Assembly (NCBI RefSeq): GCF_006345805.1
Contig: NC_043026.1
Coordinates: 4,030,001-4,094,000 of the forward strand
Length of the DNA stretch: 64,000 nucleotides
Direction: 5' to 3'
From: Octopus sinensis
Lineage: Eukaryota
Shown here: one piece after another, positions 47,820-60,218 of the stretch
Position numbering within the stretch: the first letter of the stretch is position 1
Layout: every line of letters starts with the position of its first letter
Made by a program: the position numbers and the translations under genes
The notes under the pieces: generated by a model
Database searches by the model: none
The model's input: only the letters and a program-made list of their open reading frames with translations
What the model was told of the DNA's origin: nothing

Positions 47820-48645
47820 CTTGCATAGCAAGTGATTTGATCTGAGATCGTATGCTGAAAGGAAAACAATTGCAGCGTGGAAGGTGTTTGTAAGCCATTT
47901 AAGAAACGCACAAAAGCCGTTCGATTCACTTCAACATTTAAGTTTTATTTGTCAAAATATTTTCGTCGCCATAAGACCGCGACCTGTTCGCTGACAAGAG
48001 ATTCAGCACGGATTTTTATCAGTGAACAGGTTGCAGTCTTAAAGCGACGAAAATATTTTGACAAATTAGACTTAAATGTTGAAGTGAATCGAACGGTTTT
48101 GTGTGTTTCTTAAATGGCTTATAAACACCTTCCACACTGCAATATATATATATGTATATATATACAGATGCAGCACGGATTTTTGTCAGTGAACAGGTCG
48201 CGGTCTTATAGCGACGAAAATATTTTGACAAATTAAACTTAAATGTTGAAGTGAATTGAACGGCTTTTGTGTGTTTCTTAAATGGCTTACAAACACCTTC
48301 CGCACTGCAATATATATATATGTATATATATACAGATGCAGCACGGATTTTTGTCAGTGAACAGGTCGCGGATTTTAGCGACGAAAATATTTTGACAAAT
48401 TAAACTTAAATGTTGAAGTGAATCGAACGGCTTTTGTGTGTTTCTTAAATGGCTTACAAACACCTTCCACGCTGCAATTGTCTATATATATATAAACCTT
48501 ATTCAGCATGGATTTTTGTCAGTGAACAGGTCGCGGTCTTAAAGTGACGAAAATATTTTGACAAATTAAACTTAAATGTTGAAGTGAATCGAACGGCTTT
48601 TGTGTGTTTCTTAAATGGCTTACAAACACCTTCCACGCTGCAATT
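47820..48645 (+). mobile_element. Penelope/retrozyme-like repeat: one inverted unit, then four direct ~167-bp units, each with a hammerhead-like motif
   Basis: gtgaacagg.cgc...gcgacgaaaatattttgacaaa with core G at 48022, 48189, 48357 and 48522; inverted copy at 47948-47997. Confidence 0.75.
48182..48232 (+). ncRNA. Type I hammerhead-like motif with swapped G3-C8 core pair (best copy)
   Basis: tttgtca-GTGAACA-G-gtcgc(ggtcttata)gcgac-GAAA-ATATTT-tgacaaa. Confidence 0.55.
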
Positions 48646-48765
48646 GTTACCATTTATTATTTTGCTTGCTTTGAACCCCACGAAAATCTTACATGGAACC
48701 CAGTTCATAACCACTGTTCTAACTCTTTGTCTCTCTCTCTCTTTCTCTTTCCATATTTCATCCAG

Positions 48766-49320
48766 ACAACAGAAGCAGCGACGCCAGAAAGACCAACAGT
48801 GAGCGAACCCGACGCACAGGAAGAGCTTCGACGACAGCTGGAGGAGATGAAGAGGCAGGCGGAGTCGTTCAAACAGCAGCTGATGGTCAAGGAACAAGAA
48901 GCTGCAGTCTACAAACGACAGCTGTCCGAGATGGGCATAGCCAAGGCAGATATGGCACATGCAGATTTGACCGCCAGCAGTGGCGCTGGCAGCGGCGTTG
49001 TCGAGGAAAGCGACATGAGCGTCGCCGATAGCAACGCTGCCGACAACGGCAACAACGAGGAGGGCTTCGACCCCTCGGCAGCCGCGGAGGTCACCTTCGT
49101 CCCTGGTAACATAGTTGTCGAGACTGTGACCATCTCGAAGGATGAGAGCGTGGACATTGGCGCTGACGCTGGTGATGACGAAGCTGGCGCTGGTGGTGAT
49201 GGTGACGTCGGTGAAGCCAGTACTGGTAGTGACGGTGGTGGTGGTGCTAATAATGACGCTACCAGTGCATCGGTGTCCATTAAAGACGAACCGCTGACCA
49301 TTAAGACTGAGCCAGTTTAG
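48766..49320 (+). CDS. GABPB1: GABPB terminal coding exon: coiled coil plus acidic Gly/Ala tail
   Basis: tccag acceptor; EELRRQLEEMKRQAESFKQQLMVKEQEAAVYKRQL aligns to the GABPB leucine-zipper-like region; TAG at 49318-49320. Spliced CDS 1797 nt = 598 aa. Confidence 0.93.
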   Translation, partial: TTEAATPERPTVSEPDAQEELRRQLEEMKRQAESFKQQLMVKEQEAAVYKRQLSEMGIAKADMAHADLTASSGAGSGVVEESDMSVADSNAADNGNNEEGFDPSAAAEVTFVPGNIVVETVTISKDESVDIGADAGDDEAGAGGDGDVGEASTGSDGGGGANNDATSASVSIKDEPLTIKTEPV

Positions 49321-49569
49321 GAAGATAACAGTGGTGGTGGTGGTGGTAGTGGTCAAGATGGTGGTGTATGCAGTGTAGAGCAGGGTGCTATTTATCAAGT
49401 TGCAGATCCTTCCTCCACCTTTGTCAAACTGACCTTGCATTCCAGCCATGACCCTCTCGCCTGACATCATTTCAGATGTGGTACATGCATTTATGACTAC
49501 GTTGCCATCAATGTGCACAACCTTGACCAGTGCCCCTCCCCTCTCTTTTTTTTTTTTTTTTGTTAAGAC

Positions 49570-50819
49570 GAAAAGAGTGGTTTTTCAGGGAGACTTTGGT
49601 TGCTATATTTAGTTAATCAAATGACCATGTAGAGGCTTCTCCCTCTTTTATCCTTGGCTTGAGGGATGGTCACGTGATTAAGAATCTACAATGTAATATC
49701 TACGCTGTTGTTGTTTAGCCCTAGGTCAACCTTGATCTAGTAGACCTATTATCAAAGACATTCCAACCATAGTCATCTTGCTTTCCTTCCCTACATGCAG
49801 GGAACCCAGGAACATATTTCTAAGGCATTTTTAGGGAGATTGGCTACTATTTTTAGCTGATTGAATAACCTCAAAAGTCTCTTTTGGATGTAACAGAGGT
49901 GTATAATTGTAGACTTCATTGCTTTTTTAGCTTTCTTGGCCACTTCTGTGCATGGTTGTTTGGCTGTTATTTCTAACACATTAAGTTACCATGTAGAGGT
50001 CTCCCTCATTGACGTGTACATACATATATACTTTTTGAGTGGTTTGAGGGAGATTTGGATACTATTTCTAGCTTGATGGTTCATATGTACATACATACAT
50101 ACATACATACATACCCAAAACAATAGGGTATGATTTGAGGGAGATTTGGTTGTTATATTTAACAGGTTTACTGACCATTTAGAAGTCTCCCTCATTGGCT
50201 CGTATATATATATATATATATATAATATATATATATATATATCAGCCTCGCCTGGCCCTCGTGCCGTTGGCATGTAAAAGCACCAAGACTGTAAACTGTG
50301 ATTTGAGGGAGATTTAGCTGCTATTTTTAACAGGTCTAGTTATCATATCGACATCTTGGTTCATATATAGATAAATACATACATCCTTACATAAAGCAGT
50401 AGGATGTGATTTGAGGGTGATTTGGTTGCTATTTCTAACAGGTTTACAAATCATTTAGAAGTCTCCCTTATTGGCTCAGTTATACATATATAAGACTATA
50501 AGCTGAGATTTGAGGGAGATTTAACTACTATTTCTCTTAGTGTCATCTGCTTTAGGCCCCATGTAGACATCCCACTTAGCTCATTCGTCTATACATATAT
50601 AAGCCAGTAGGGAGATTTGGCTGCTATTTTTAACATGTCTAGCTACCATATAGATGTTTTGCTGGTTGGTTCATATGTGTATACATACATACCTGCTTAC
50701 ATACGTAAGACAGTAAGGTGATTTGAGGAGGATTTGGTTGCTATTTCTAACAGGTTTACTTACCATGGAGACTGTCCCTCTTTACATCATATATATATAT
50801 ATAATATATAAGTGTGTGC

Positions 50820-50856
<37 letters not shown>

Positions 50857-51347
50857 TACATATATATAAGACTGTAAGCTTATATGTGTGATTTGGCTAC
50901 TATTTCCGTTAATCTCATCAGCCTTAGCTATCATGTTGATCTCTCGTTAGCTCATTCATATATTCATACATAAGTCAGGAACAGTGTGATTTGAAGGACA
51001 CTTGGCTGCTATTTTTAGCAGGTCTAGCTACCATACAGACGTCTTGATTGTTGGTTCATACAGACATACTTACATAAAGTGTAATGAGCCTTAGCTACCA
51101 TGTAAATGTCTCCCTTATTAACGCATTCATCTATACATCTATAAGACAGTAGGGAGATTTGGCTGCTATTTTTAACAGTTCTAGCTACCATGTAGATGTT
51201 TTGCTGGTTGGTTCATATGTGTATACATACATACCTGCTTACATACGTAAGACAGTAAGGTGATTTTAGGAGGATTTGGTTGCTATTTCTAGCAGGTTTA
51301 CTTACCATGGAGATTGTCCTTCTTTACATCATATATATATAAATGCT

Positions 51348-51381
<34 letters not shown>

Positions 51382-51660
51382 CACACACACACAAGACTAT
51401 AAGCTTATATGTGTGATTTGGCTACTATTTCCGTTAATCTCATCAGCCTTAGCTACCATGTAAATGTCTCCCTTATTAACGCATTCATCTATACATCTAT
51501 ATGACAGTAGGGAGATTTGGCTGCTATTTTTAACAGTTCTAGCTACCATGTAGATGTCTCAGTTGTTGGGTCGTTCATCTATTCATCGATAAGACATTTC
51601 CCTCAAACCACAGGGAAAATTTGGCTGTTCTTTCTAGTAAGTTAAGTGACCACATGGTAG
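49570..51660. repeat. Dense cluster of short gagggagatttggctgctatttcta elements
   Basis: Many diverged copies, with a ~480-bp duplication (50590-51070 vs 51130-51560). Confidence 0.8.
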
Positions 51661-52229
51661 TCTTCCCTGATGTTAGGCCTGCCAGCTTGATCAAGGCCAT
51701 ACTGGAGCTAAGCAACAACAAAGCCATATTGCATGTGTATGCGTTTGCAGGGCGGTGGCGGGTCAACATTAATTCCTTTTCCCGTCACCCTGTGACCATA
51801 CACCAGCCAGACCCCACCCTCGCCATGCCCCCATTCTCCACCCCCCACCATCGTTGACCATGGACTGCCACCACTACCAGCATAGATGCAAATTCTGGAA
51901 CACAGGTCCCTGTATGTGAGTTGTAATCATTGCTGTTGTTGTGGTTGCTGTCGTTTAGCCCATGGCCTGGTCTAGTCCATTCCTGATTTGGGTCGGGCTT
52001 ATGGGCAGGTTATTTCCACTCATGAACCATCATATCTTTCGTCTTATTTTATACACATATGTATTTATGTATACACATATATATAATTATGTGCATGCAT
52101 ATATATGTAGGTATACATACATTGGCATTAGGAAGGGCATCCAGCTCATAGAATCCTTGCCGAATCAGACTGGAGCCTGATGCGGCTCTCCAAGCTTGCC
52201 AGCATGGTCAACAGGCGTTAAAGAACAAT

Positions 52230-53165
52230 ATGTATGTATGTGTATGCATATATATACGAATATACATATATCTATATATACATATATATATGTGTGTGTG
52301 TGTGTGTGTGTATGCATATATATATACGAATATACATATATCTATATATACATATATATATGTGTGTGTGTGTATGCATATATATATACGAATATACATA
52401 TATCTATATATACATATATATATATGTGTGTGTGTGTGTGTGTATGCATATATATATATACGAATATACATATATCTATATATACATATATATATGTGTG
52501 TGTGTGTATGCATATATATATACGAATATACATATATCTATATATATGTGTGTGTGTGTGTGTGTATGCATATATATATACGAATATGCATATATCTATA
52601 TATACATATATATGTGTGTGTGTATGCATATATATATACGAATATACATATATCTATATATACATATATATATATATATATACACTGAAGCCTGGTGTAG
52701 CCTCCTGGCTTCCCAGATCCCAGTCAAACCATCCAACCCATGCCAGCATGGAAAACGGACGTTAAATGATGATGATACATATATGTATGTATGTGTGTGT
52801 GTGTATATATATATATATATAATATGTTTATATACCTATGCAAAGATATCTACACACACGTTTGTACATATATATACACTGGAGCCTGGTGCAGCCTTCT
52901 GGCTTCCCAGATCCCAGTCAAACTATCCAACCCATGACAGCATGGAAAACGGACGTTAAATGATGATGATACATATATGTATGTATGTGTGTGTGTATAT
53001 ATATATATATATAATATGTTTATATACCTATGCAAAGATATCTACACACACGTTTGTACATATATATACACTGGAGCCTGGTGCAGCCTTCTGGCTTCCC
53101 AGATCCCAGTCAAACTATCCAACCCATGACAGCATGGAAAACGGACGTTAAATGATGATGATACA
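52230..53165. repeat. ~65-bp TA/TG minisatellite followed by a ~190-bp x3 repeat of the family D tail
   Basis: atgcatatatatacgaatatacatatatc repeats; ggacgttaaatgatgatgatacat three times. Confidence 0.85.
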
Positions 53166-53999
53166 TATATGTATGAGTATGTATGTATATATATATATAT
53201 GCAAAGATATATACGCAAACCGTGTGTGTGTGTATAGATATACATACATATATGTGTATCTTGATAACAATGTGACCTTTGTTTAACCAAGCTATCTTCA
53301 ACCTTATGAGTAGCTAGCAGAATACCCCACTCACTGAGTAATTATCACATCCAAGGGTCTACCAGCTAGGAAATATGAAACTTTAAAGCAGAATTTGTAT
53401 CATTAAAACCAGGGTCTGCCTCCAGTCGGTTGTTATTAAAATGGTTAAAGACAGTAAAAAATTTGATGAGAGAGAGAGAGATTTGGGTGTTGGCTTCATA
53501 GAAGCCCCCGAACTGACTAATGTGGTCCCTATTTTAAAACCTTTTCGATATCATATTTCTGTTGAAATGCACTGCCTCTGTTTCAATTTAATTGTAGGCG
53601 CGGGCATGGCTGTGTGGTTAGGGAGCTTGCTTCCTAGCTACATGGTTTCGGGTTCAGTCCCACTGCGTGGCACATTGGGTAGGTGTCTTCCACTATAGCC
53701 CCGAGCCGACCGGAGCTTCGTGATTGAATTCGGTAGGTGGAAGTTACTGCCGTGTGTGTATGTGTGCGTATAGCTGCTCAGTGCCTCTCCGAAAGAGAGA
53801 GAGAGGGATTGAGAAAATAGGGAATTTAGTAAAATAATTTTGTGATTAGTGTTTGGAATATAAATTAATATAGAATTTTAATGACCAGGGGGTAGTCACG
53901 TGGGTTGGTATTGGAAATTTATATAGAATTTTGATGGAACGGAAGGTTACAATTTAGGACACATGAAAACAGGAAGTTTGTATCATTGGACCAGGGGGT

Positions 54000-54990
54000 G
54001 GTCACATGTGGGTTGGTATTGAAAGGGTTAGAGAACTAGTAAGGAATTTGCTGACAGAGCATCTCAACAGAAATATGGTAACAAAAGGGTTAAGAAAAAT
54101 AATCAGCAGAAGACATGAGAGAAGGAGACCTCAATGTGGTCACTCTATATGCTAGAAATAATAGCCTAAATTTCTTTCAATCTACACCCTTCCAACTGCT
54201 TCTAATGTGCATCTGCCCACATGTAGAGGTGTTTTAAACCCTTTCGTTACCAATCCAGCTGAAACTACTTCTGGCTCTATAGTACCAATGTCTTGATTTC
54301 ATAAGTTCCGAATTAAAATCTTCCACCAAACCTTAGTCACAATTTATGTTCTTAACACTAGCTTAATAATGATAACTAAGTCATTTTATTAAATTCTTTG
54401 TTATATTTAAAATTAATTGAAAGAAACAGAGCATCTCAATAGAAATGTGGTAACAAGACGGTTAAAATATATAATAGAGAAGCAATTCTTAACCTTTTCG
54501 ATACCAATCTGGCTGAAACTACTTCTGGCTCTGTACTACCAATGTCTTGATTTCAAAAGTTCTGAATTCAAATCTTCCACCAAACCTTAGTCACAATTTA
54601 TGTTCCTAACACTAGCTTAATGATAACTAATTAATTTTATGAAATTCTTTGTTATATTTAAAATTAATTGAAAGAAGCACAGAGCATCTCAACAGAAATA
54701 TGGTAACAAAAGGATTAAGCTAGTGTTTGAAATGACTTGAAATTTTTTACGGAAGGGTTTAAATAAAATTCCCTTATCACACAAAGTTTGTATCATAGAT
54801 CCAAGGAAGGGCTTAGGCTCCTTAGGATTTGATGAACGGGAGGATTTTGTGGCTTGTAGAATTAAAGGGAGCGGGGATGGTCTCAGATGAGTTGTCATCA
54901 AAATGGCTAAATCACCAATTTACACTATCACCAGTGCAATTGTGGACACCACCACCAACAACAGCAACAGACATCTAGCAATGGAAAATA
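54000..54990 (-). mobile_element. Inverted copy of the MITE-cargo composite at 31.1-32.3 kb
   Basis: Same order of cargo X, MITE, spacer, MITE, cargo Y, MITE on the minus strand. Confidence 0.85.
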
Positions 54991-55965
54991 ATTAAATTTT
55001 TTTTTTTTTAATGAACTTGTACTGGGACTGTTAATGAGACATTTCTATTGTCTGATTGGACAGGCGTATGTATTTGTGTGTGTGTATGTGTGCATCTATT
55101 TGCATGTCTGTTAATGTGTATAAATGTGTACGTATGTGTGTGTGTTTTTTCTAAATGAAAAAAAAAATTTTTTTTTGCAAGGAACAGAACTGTTACAATG
55201 ACCTTTAAGGAAGGCATCAATGTCAAAACATCACATTCTGTCTCCCACATAAATATTTTCATATAAATATGGCCACGAGCCTACGTAAGAAATTATTGTT
55301 GTTTTTGTTGTCTTTTTACATACATTAAGGGCAATGGATTGGTAGGATTGATGAAGCACCCAAAAGAATGCCTTGTGACCTCCTTGTTTTAGAGCTCAAA
55401 ACCTAGTAATGTTAACATTAGCTTTCATCACTTTGGGGGACAATAAAATTTGACATCAGTACAGTACTGTGATCAATACGATTGACTAATTCTCCCCTCC
55501 CAAAACTACTCGCATTATGCAAAAATTTGAAATCAAATAGACACGAAATGAAAAACTCGTTAAAAACTATCTTGTACTGAGCATCCGTCTAAATTTGTGA
55601 ACATGAAATATTCAATAACAAAAGGAACTTCAGAAAGTAAATTTCCTGTCAACATCAATTTATAAAAACTCTCACTTGCTTAGAAAATATTTCTTTCAGT
55701 AATTTATCGTAGTTGTAAACTATCTGTAATTTAAACCAACTTCAAGGTAGCCAAATGAAAATAGAGGCGAGTGAGTGAGAGATTGTTGCAAATCAAAACG
55801 GAAAATTTCGCCTGCAATGAATGAATGTTTATTTAACATTAAAATCTACTTCACAGTGAATGCAATGAATGTTTAAATTTGTGAAAAACTTGAAGTTCAA
55901 ATATATATATGGAAAAATTTCCAGACACTTGAGCCTTTAATAATTGCTTTCCTTTAGTAACTTAA

Positions 55966-56177
55966 CCCTTTAGCATTTAATCCGGCCAAAAGTATTCTGC
56001 CTGTTTTATGTTCAAACTGGCCAGATCTGGTCTCTCACACCAACCCTACAATATCGTTTTAAAAACTAACAGCTACCTCATGAAAATCTCAAAGCTACAA
56101 GATTAATGAATGATTAGTTCAAGACAATTTGGATAAAAAAGCATTAATTTTGGCAGAATGATGCGAACACTAAAGGG
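55966..56177 (+). mobile_element. piggyBac-like MITE family G
   Basis: TTAA|CCCTTTAGCATT...ACACTAAAGGG|TTAA. Confidence 0.88.
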
Positions 56178-56221
56178 TTAATTAATAAGCAGCTTTCTCC
56201 ATTATAATATATATATATATG

Positions 56222-56551
56222 GGTAAAGACCCCCTTCGGTCATGAATGACCATGGGATTGCACCTAGAAAGTTACCCTCCTAGACACAAGTCCGGGCAAG
56301 GTTGTTTATGGAAGACCAGCAGTCGCCCATGCATACCAGCCTCCCCTCTCCACGCCACCAGTGTTATCCAAGGGAAAGACAAAGGTCGATACAGCTTGGC
56401 ACCAGTGACGTCGTAACTCATTTCTACAGCTGAGTGAACTGGAGCAACGTGAAATAAAGTGCCTTGCTCAAGAACACAACACGCAGCCCGGTCCGGGATT
56501 CGAGCTCACGATCGTAAGCTCGACGCTCTAACCACTGAGCCATGCGCCTTC
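56222..56551 (-). mobile_element. SINE family E, near full length
   Basis: Head tgaaggcgcatggctcagtggttagagcgtcgagcttacgatc...ctcgaatccc; tail hairpin ggtcattcatgacc. Confidence 0.85.
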
Positions 56552-57324
56552 ATATATACACACACACAAACAAACATAAAATGAGAGAGACAAGAATGAA
56601 CAGCTAGATATAGTATATATATATATATATATATAATTTATTTTCCCAACTGTTCAGGAAAGATTGTCTTTTAATACAGTTTTGAAGTTCTTGGGTTTAA
56701 AAATAAAATTTTCTTTTTCTTTTCCATCAATAATAGCATTTCAAAGTGGCTTTTTTTTTTTCTTCTTAATTTTCAAGAGATAAGGTTTAAAAAAAATACA
56801 TACACACAACAGTAAAAAAAATTGAAAAAACACCAAAAAGAAAACAAAAAAAACATCCAATCCAACATGAAAAAAAATGGTGATACAAATGTAAGATTAT
56901 GATAGTGATGATGATTTTTTTTTTTCATTTTGGGGTGAAGGCTACCACTGGGCAGAATTGTTATCACACCAGGCTAAGATTCTTAATGGTATATCTATCT
57001 TTATGTTCTGAGTTCAAATCCTGCCAAGGTCGGTTTGATTCTTTCAAGTACAATGCAATAAAGCAATTTTAATGCAGCAGGGCTAAATTGGTTAACTGAC
57101 ACTCCCTCTGATGCCCACCTCACCAGTGCTTGACCGGTGGTGTGGGCACAAATGGCAAAGTCGACCTTGGTGAAATATGAACTCGGAACATAAAGCAAGA
57201 AGAAACGCCACTAAGCGCTGACTTTGGTGCGACAACAAATTCCGACAGCTTGCTGCCTTTGTGGTTTCATATTTTGGCACAAGGCCTGAAATTGTTGGAG
57301 AAGAGAGAAATCAGGAGATAGATA

Positions 57325-57560
57325 AATTTCTTTACTAACCCACAAGGAGCTAAACATAGAGGGGACAAACAAGGACAGACAAACGGATTAAGTCGATTAC
57401 ATCGACCCCAGTGCGTAACTGGTACTTAATTTATCGACCCCGAAAGGATGAAAGGCAAAGTCGACCTCGGCAGAATTTGAACCCAGAATGTAACGACAGA
57501 TGGAATACGGCTACGCATTTCGCCTGGCGTGCTAACGTTTCGGCCAGCTCGCCGCCTTGG
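57325..57560 (-). mobile_element. SINE family B
   Basis: Full reverse-complement copy. Confidence 0.85.
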
Positions 57561-58450
57561 TAGATAGATAGATAGGACTGGCAGGTAGGCAGATAAAGAG
57601 GCAGGCAGGCAGATAGATAGATCAGACAGGCAAGCAGATAGATAGGACTGATAGACAGACAGACAGGTAGGCAGGCAGGCAGATAGAGAGGCAGACAGAT
57701 AGATAGGACTGATAGAGAGGCAGGCAGGCAGATAGATAGGACTGATAGACAGGTAGGCAGATAGATAGGACTGATAGACAGGTAGGCAGATAGATAGGAC
57801 TGATAGAGTGGCAGACAGGCAGATAGATAGGACTGATAGACAGACAGGTAGGCAGGCAGATAGATAGGACTGATAGAGAGGCAGACAGGTAGACAGATAG
57901 ATAGGACTGATAGAGAGGAAGGCAGGCAGATAGATAGATCAGACAGGCAAGCAGATAGATAGGACTGATAGACAGACAGACAGGTAGGCAGGCAGGCAGA
58001 TAGATAGGACTGATAGAGAGGCAGGCAGGCAGATAGATAGATCAGACAGGCAAGCAGATAGATAGGACTGATAGACAGACAGGTAGGCAGGCAGATAGAT
58101 AGGACTGATAGAGAGGAAGGCAGGCAGATAGATAGGACTGATAGAGAGGCAGGCAGGCAGATAGATAGGACTGATAGAGAGGCAGGCAGGCAGATAGATA
58201 GGACTGATAGACAGACAGGTAGGCAGGCAGATAGATAGACAGACAGACAGGCAAGCAGATAGATAAATACATAGGCAGGCAGCTAGATAGGACTGATAGA
58301 CAGACAAGCAGGCTAATAGATAGATCAGACAGATAGGTAAGTATGGGGATGAATGAATAGAGATAGATAGATGGATGGGTGGGTGGATGAGTGAATGCAT
58401 GCATAAATGAACAAGTGGTTGGGTTGGGTAGATGGGTAGATGGATGGAGG
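57560..58450. repeat. Compound GATA/GGCA/GACA microsatellite with recurring gataggactgatag
   Basis: Direct reading. Confidence 0.9.
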
Positions 58451-58479
58451 GACACACAGAAATAAATTAAACTCACACA

Positions 58480-58731
58480 CATCGCACAAGCAAAAACAAT
58501 TTAAAAATGATTTTGAGAAAAAAAAAGACATTAAACATTTAAAACAACACACATACACATACCACCCGTATATCATCTAACAGTCTTTTTTTTATCTTAA
58601 TTTTTTTTTTAAATAAAAGATTTTTTTTGTTCTTGCATTTTTCTTTCTGTTAGCATGACTTTTAGGTTTGCCAGTAAGTAGCTCTGTGAGTTCCAGCCGA
58701 AATTTTCACTGCTGACCACATGTCAGTACAA
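58480..58731 (-). other. GTF2A2: Probable 3' UTR exon start of GTF2A2 (3' end undetermined)
   Basis: Strong minus-strand acceptor aattttatttttatttttgttcatttcttatcatttcag ending at 58732, the first clear one after the donor at 60215. Confidence 0.5.
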
Positions 58732-58967
58732 CTGAAATGATAAGAAATGAACAAAAATAAAAATAAAATTACGATGTACTTGCACAGCAAGTGACTTGAT
58801 CTGAGATCAAGTGTGCTGAAACAATAACAACTGCAGCGTGGAAGATGTTTGTAAGCCATTTAAGAACACACAAAAAAACTTAGTTTCACTTCAACATTTA
58901 CATTTAATTTGTGTCAAAATATTTTCACTGCTTTGAAACCACAACCTGCCTTTAAATCACATCCTAC

Positions 58968-59305
58968 TGTGGTTAGGGCAGCGGACTCGCGGTTTCGATT
59001 CCCAGACCGGGCGTTGTGAGTGTTTATTGAGCGAAAACACCTAAAAGCTCCACGAGGCTCCGGCAGAGATGGTGGTGATCCCTGCTGTACTCTTTCACCA
59101 CAACTTTCTCTCACTCTTACTTCCTGTTTCTGTTGTACCTGTATTTCAAAGGGCCGGCCTTGTCACTCTCTGTGTCACGCTGAATATCCCCGAGAACTAC
59201 GTTAAGGGTACACGTGTCTGTGGAGTGCTCAGCCACTTACACGTTAATTTCACGAGCAAGCTGTTCCGTTGATTCGGATCAACCGGAACCCTCATCGTCG
59301 AGTGC
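58968..59305 (+). mobile_element. SINE family C, long tail
   Basis: Matches 18528-18885. Confidence 0.85.
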
Positions 59306-59699
59306 TTCCACTGTCTTAAACAAAAGCACATTGAATAATGCAGCTTAGATACACTATGCCTAAAAATAAACTGAATATGTGTATTTATGTATGACCCAAT
59401 GATGAAGACCTTTGCACAGTACAAAGATCTTACGGAAATAGCAGCCAAATCTCCCTCAAATCACACTCTAATGTCTTATGTGTTTATATATGTTTGAGCC
59501 AATGAGAGAGACCTCTACACAGCTGCTAGACCTGATGAAAATAATAGCTAAATCACCCTCATATCACACCTACTGTCTTAAACAGAAGTACATTGAATAC
59601 TGCAGGCCAAGATACACTATGTCTAAAATTAAACAGGATGGTCATAATTGGATCACCACAGTTCATAAGGCTGACTCCCTGGGGCCTCACAGCAATCAT

Positions 59700-60150
59700 C
59701 ATCATTGTTTAACGTCTGCTTTCCATGCTAGCATGGGTTGGACGATTTGACTGAGGACTGGCAAACCAGATGGCTGCACCAGGCTCCAATCCGATCTGGC
59801 AGAGTTTCTACAGCTGGATGCCCTTCCCAACGCCGACCACTCCGAGTGTAGTGGGTGCTTTTACGTGCCACCGGCACGAGGGCCAGTCAGGCAGTACTGG
59901 CAACAGCCACGCTCAAATGGTGTTTTTTATGTGCCACCTGCACAAGAGCCAGTCCAGCGGCACTGGCAACGACCTCGCTCGAATGTTTTTTCCCGTGCTA
60001 CAAGCACAAGTGCCAGTAGGGCATTGCTGGTAACGATCATGCTTGAATGGTGCTTTTTACGGGCCACTGGCATGGAAGCCAGTCAGCTGCACTGGCAAGA
60101 TCACGCTTGGATGGTACTCTTAGCGCTCCACTAGCACAGATGCCAGTCAT
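59700..60150 (-). mobile_element. RTE 3' UTR (family D)
   Basis: Family tail and internal repeats. Confidence 0.8.
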
Positions 60151-60218
60151 CAAATAAATGGCAATCAACATTCTATTTTCATTGAGAAATAAAGAGAGAA
60201 AAAGAAAGGACATACCTG

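Noticed and set aside
48499-49518. 339-aa minus-strand ORF
   Set aside because: Antisense shadow of the GC-rich GABPB last exon; low complexity and no recognisable domain.
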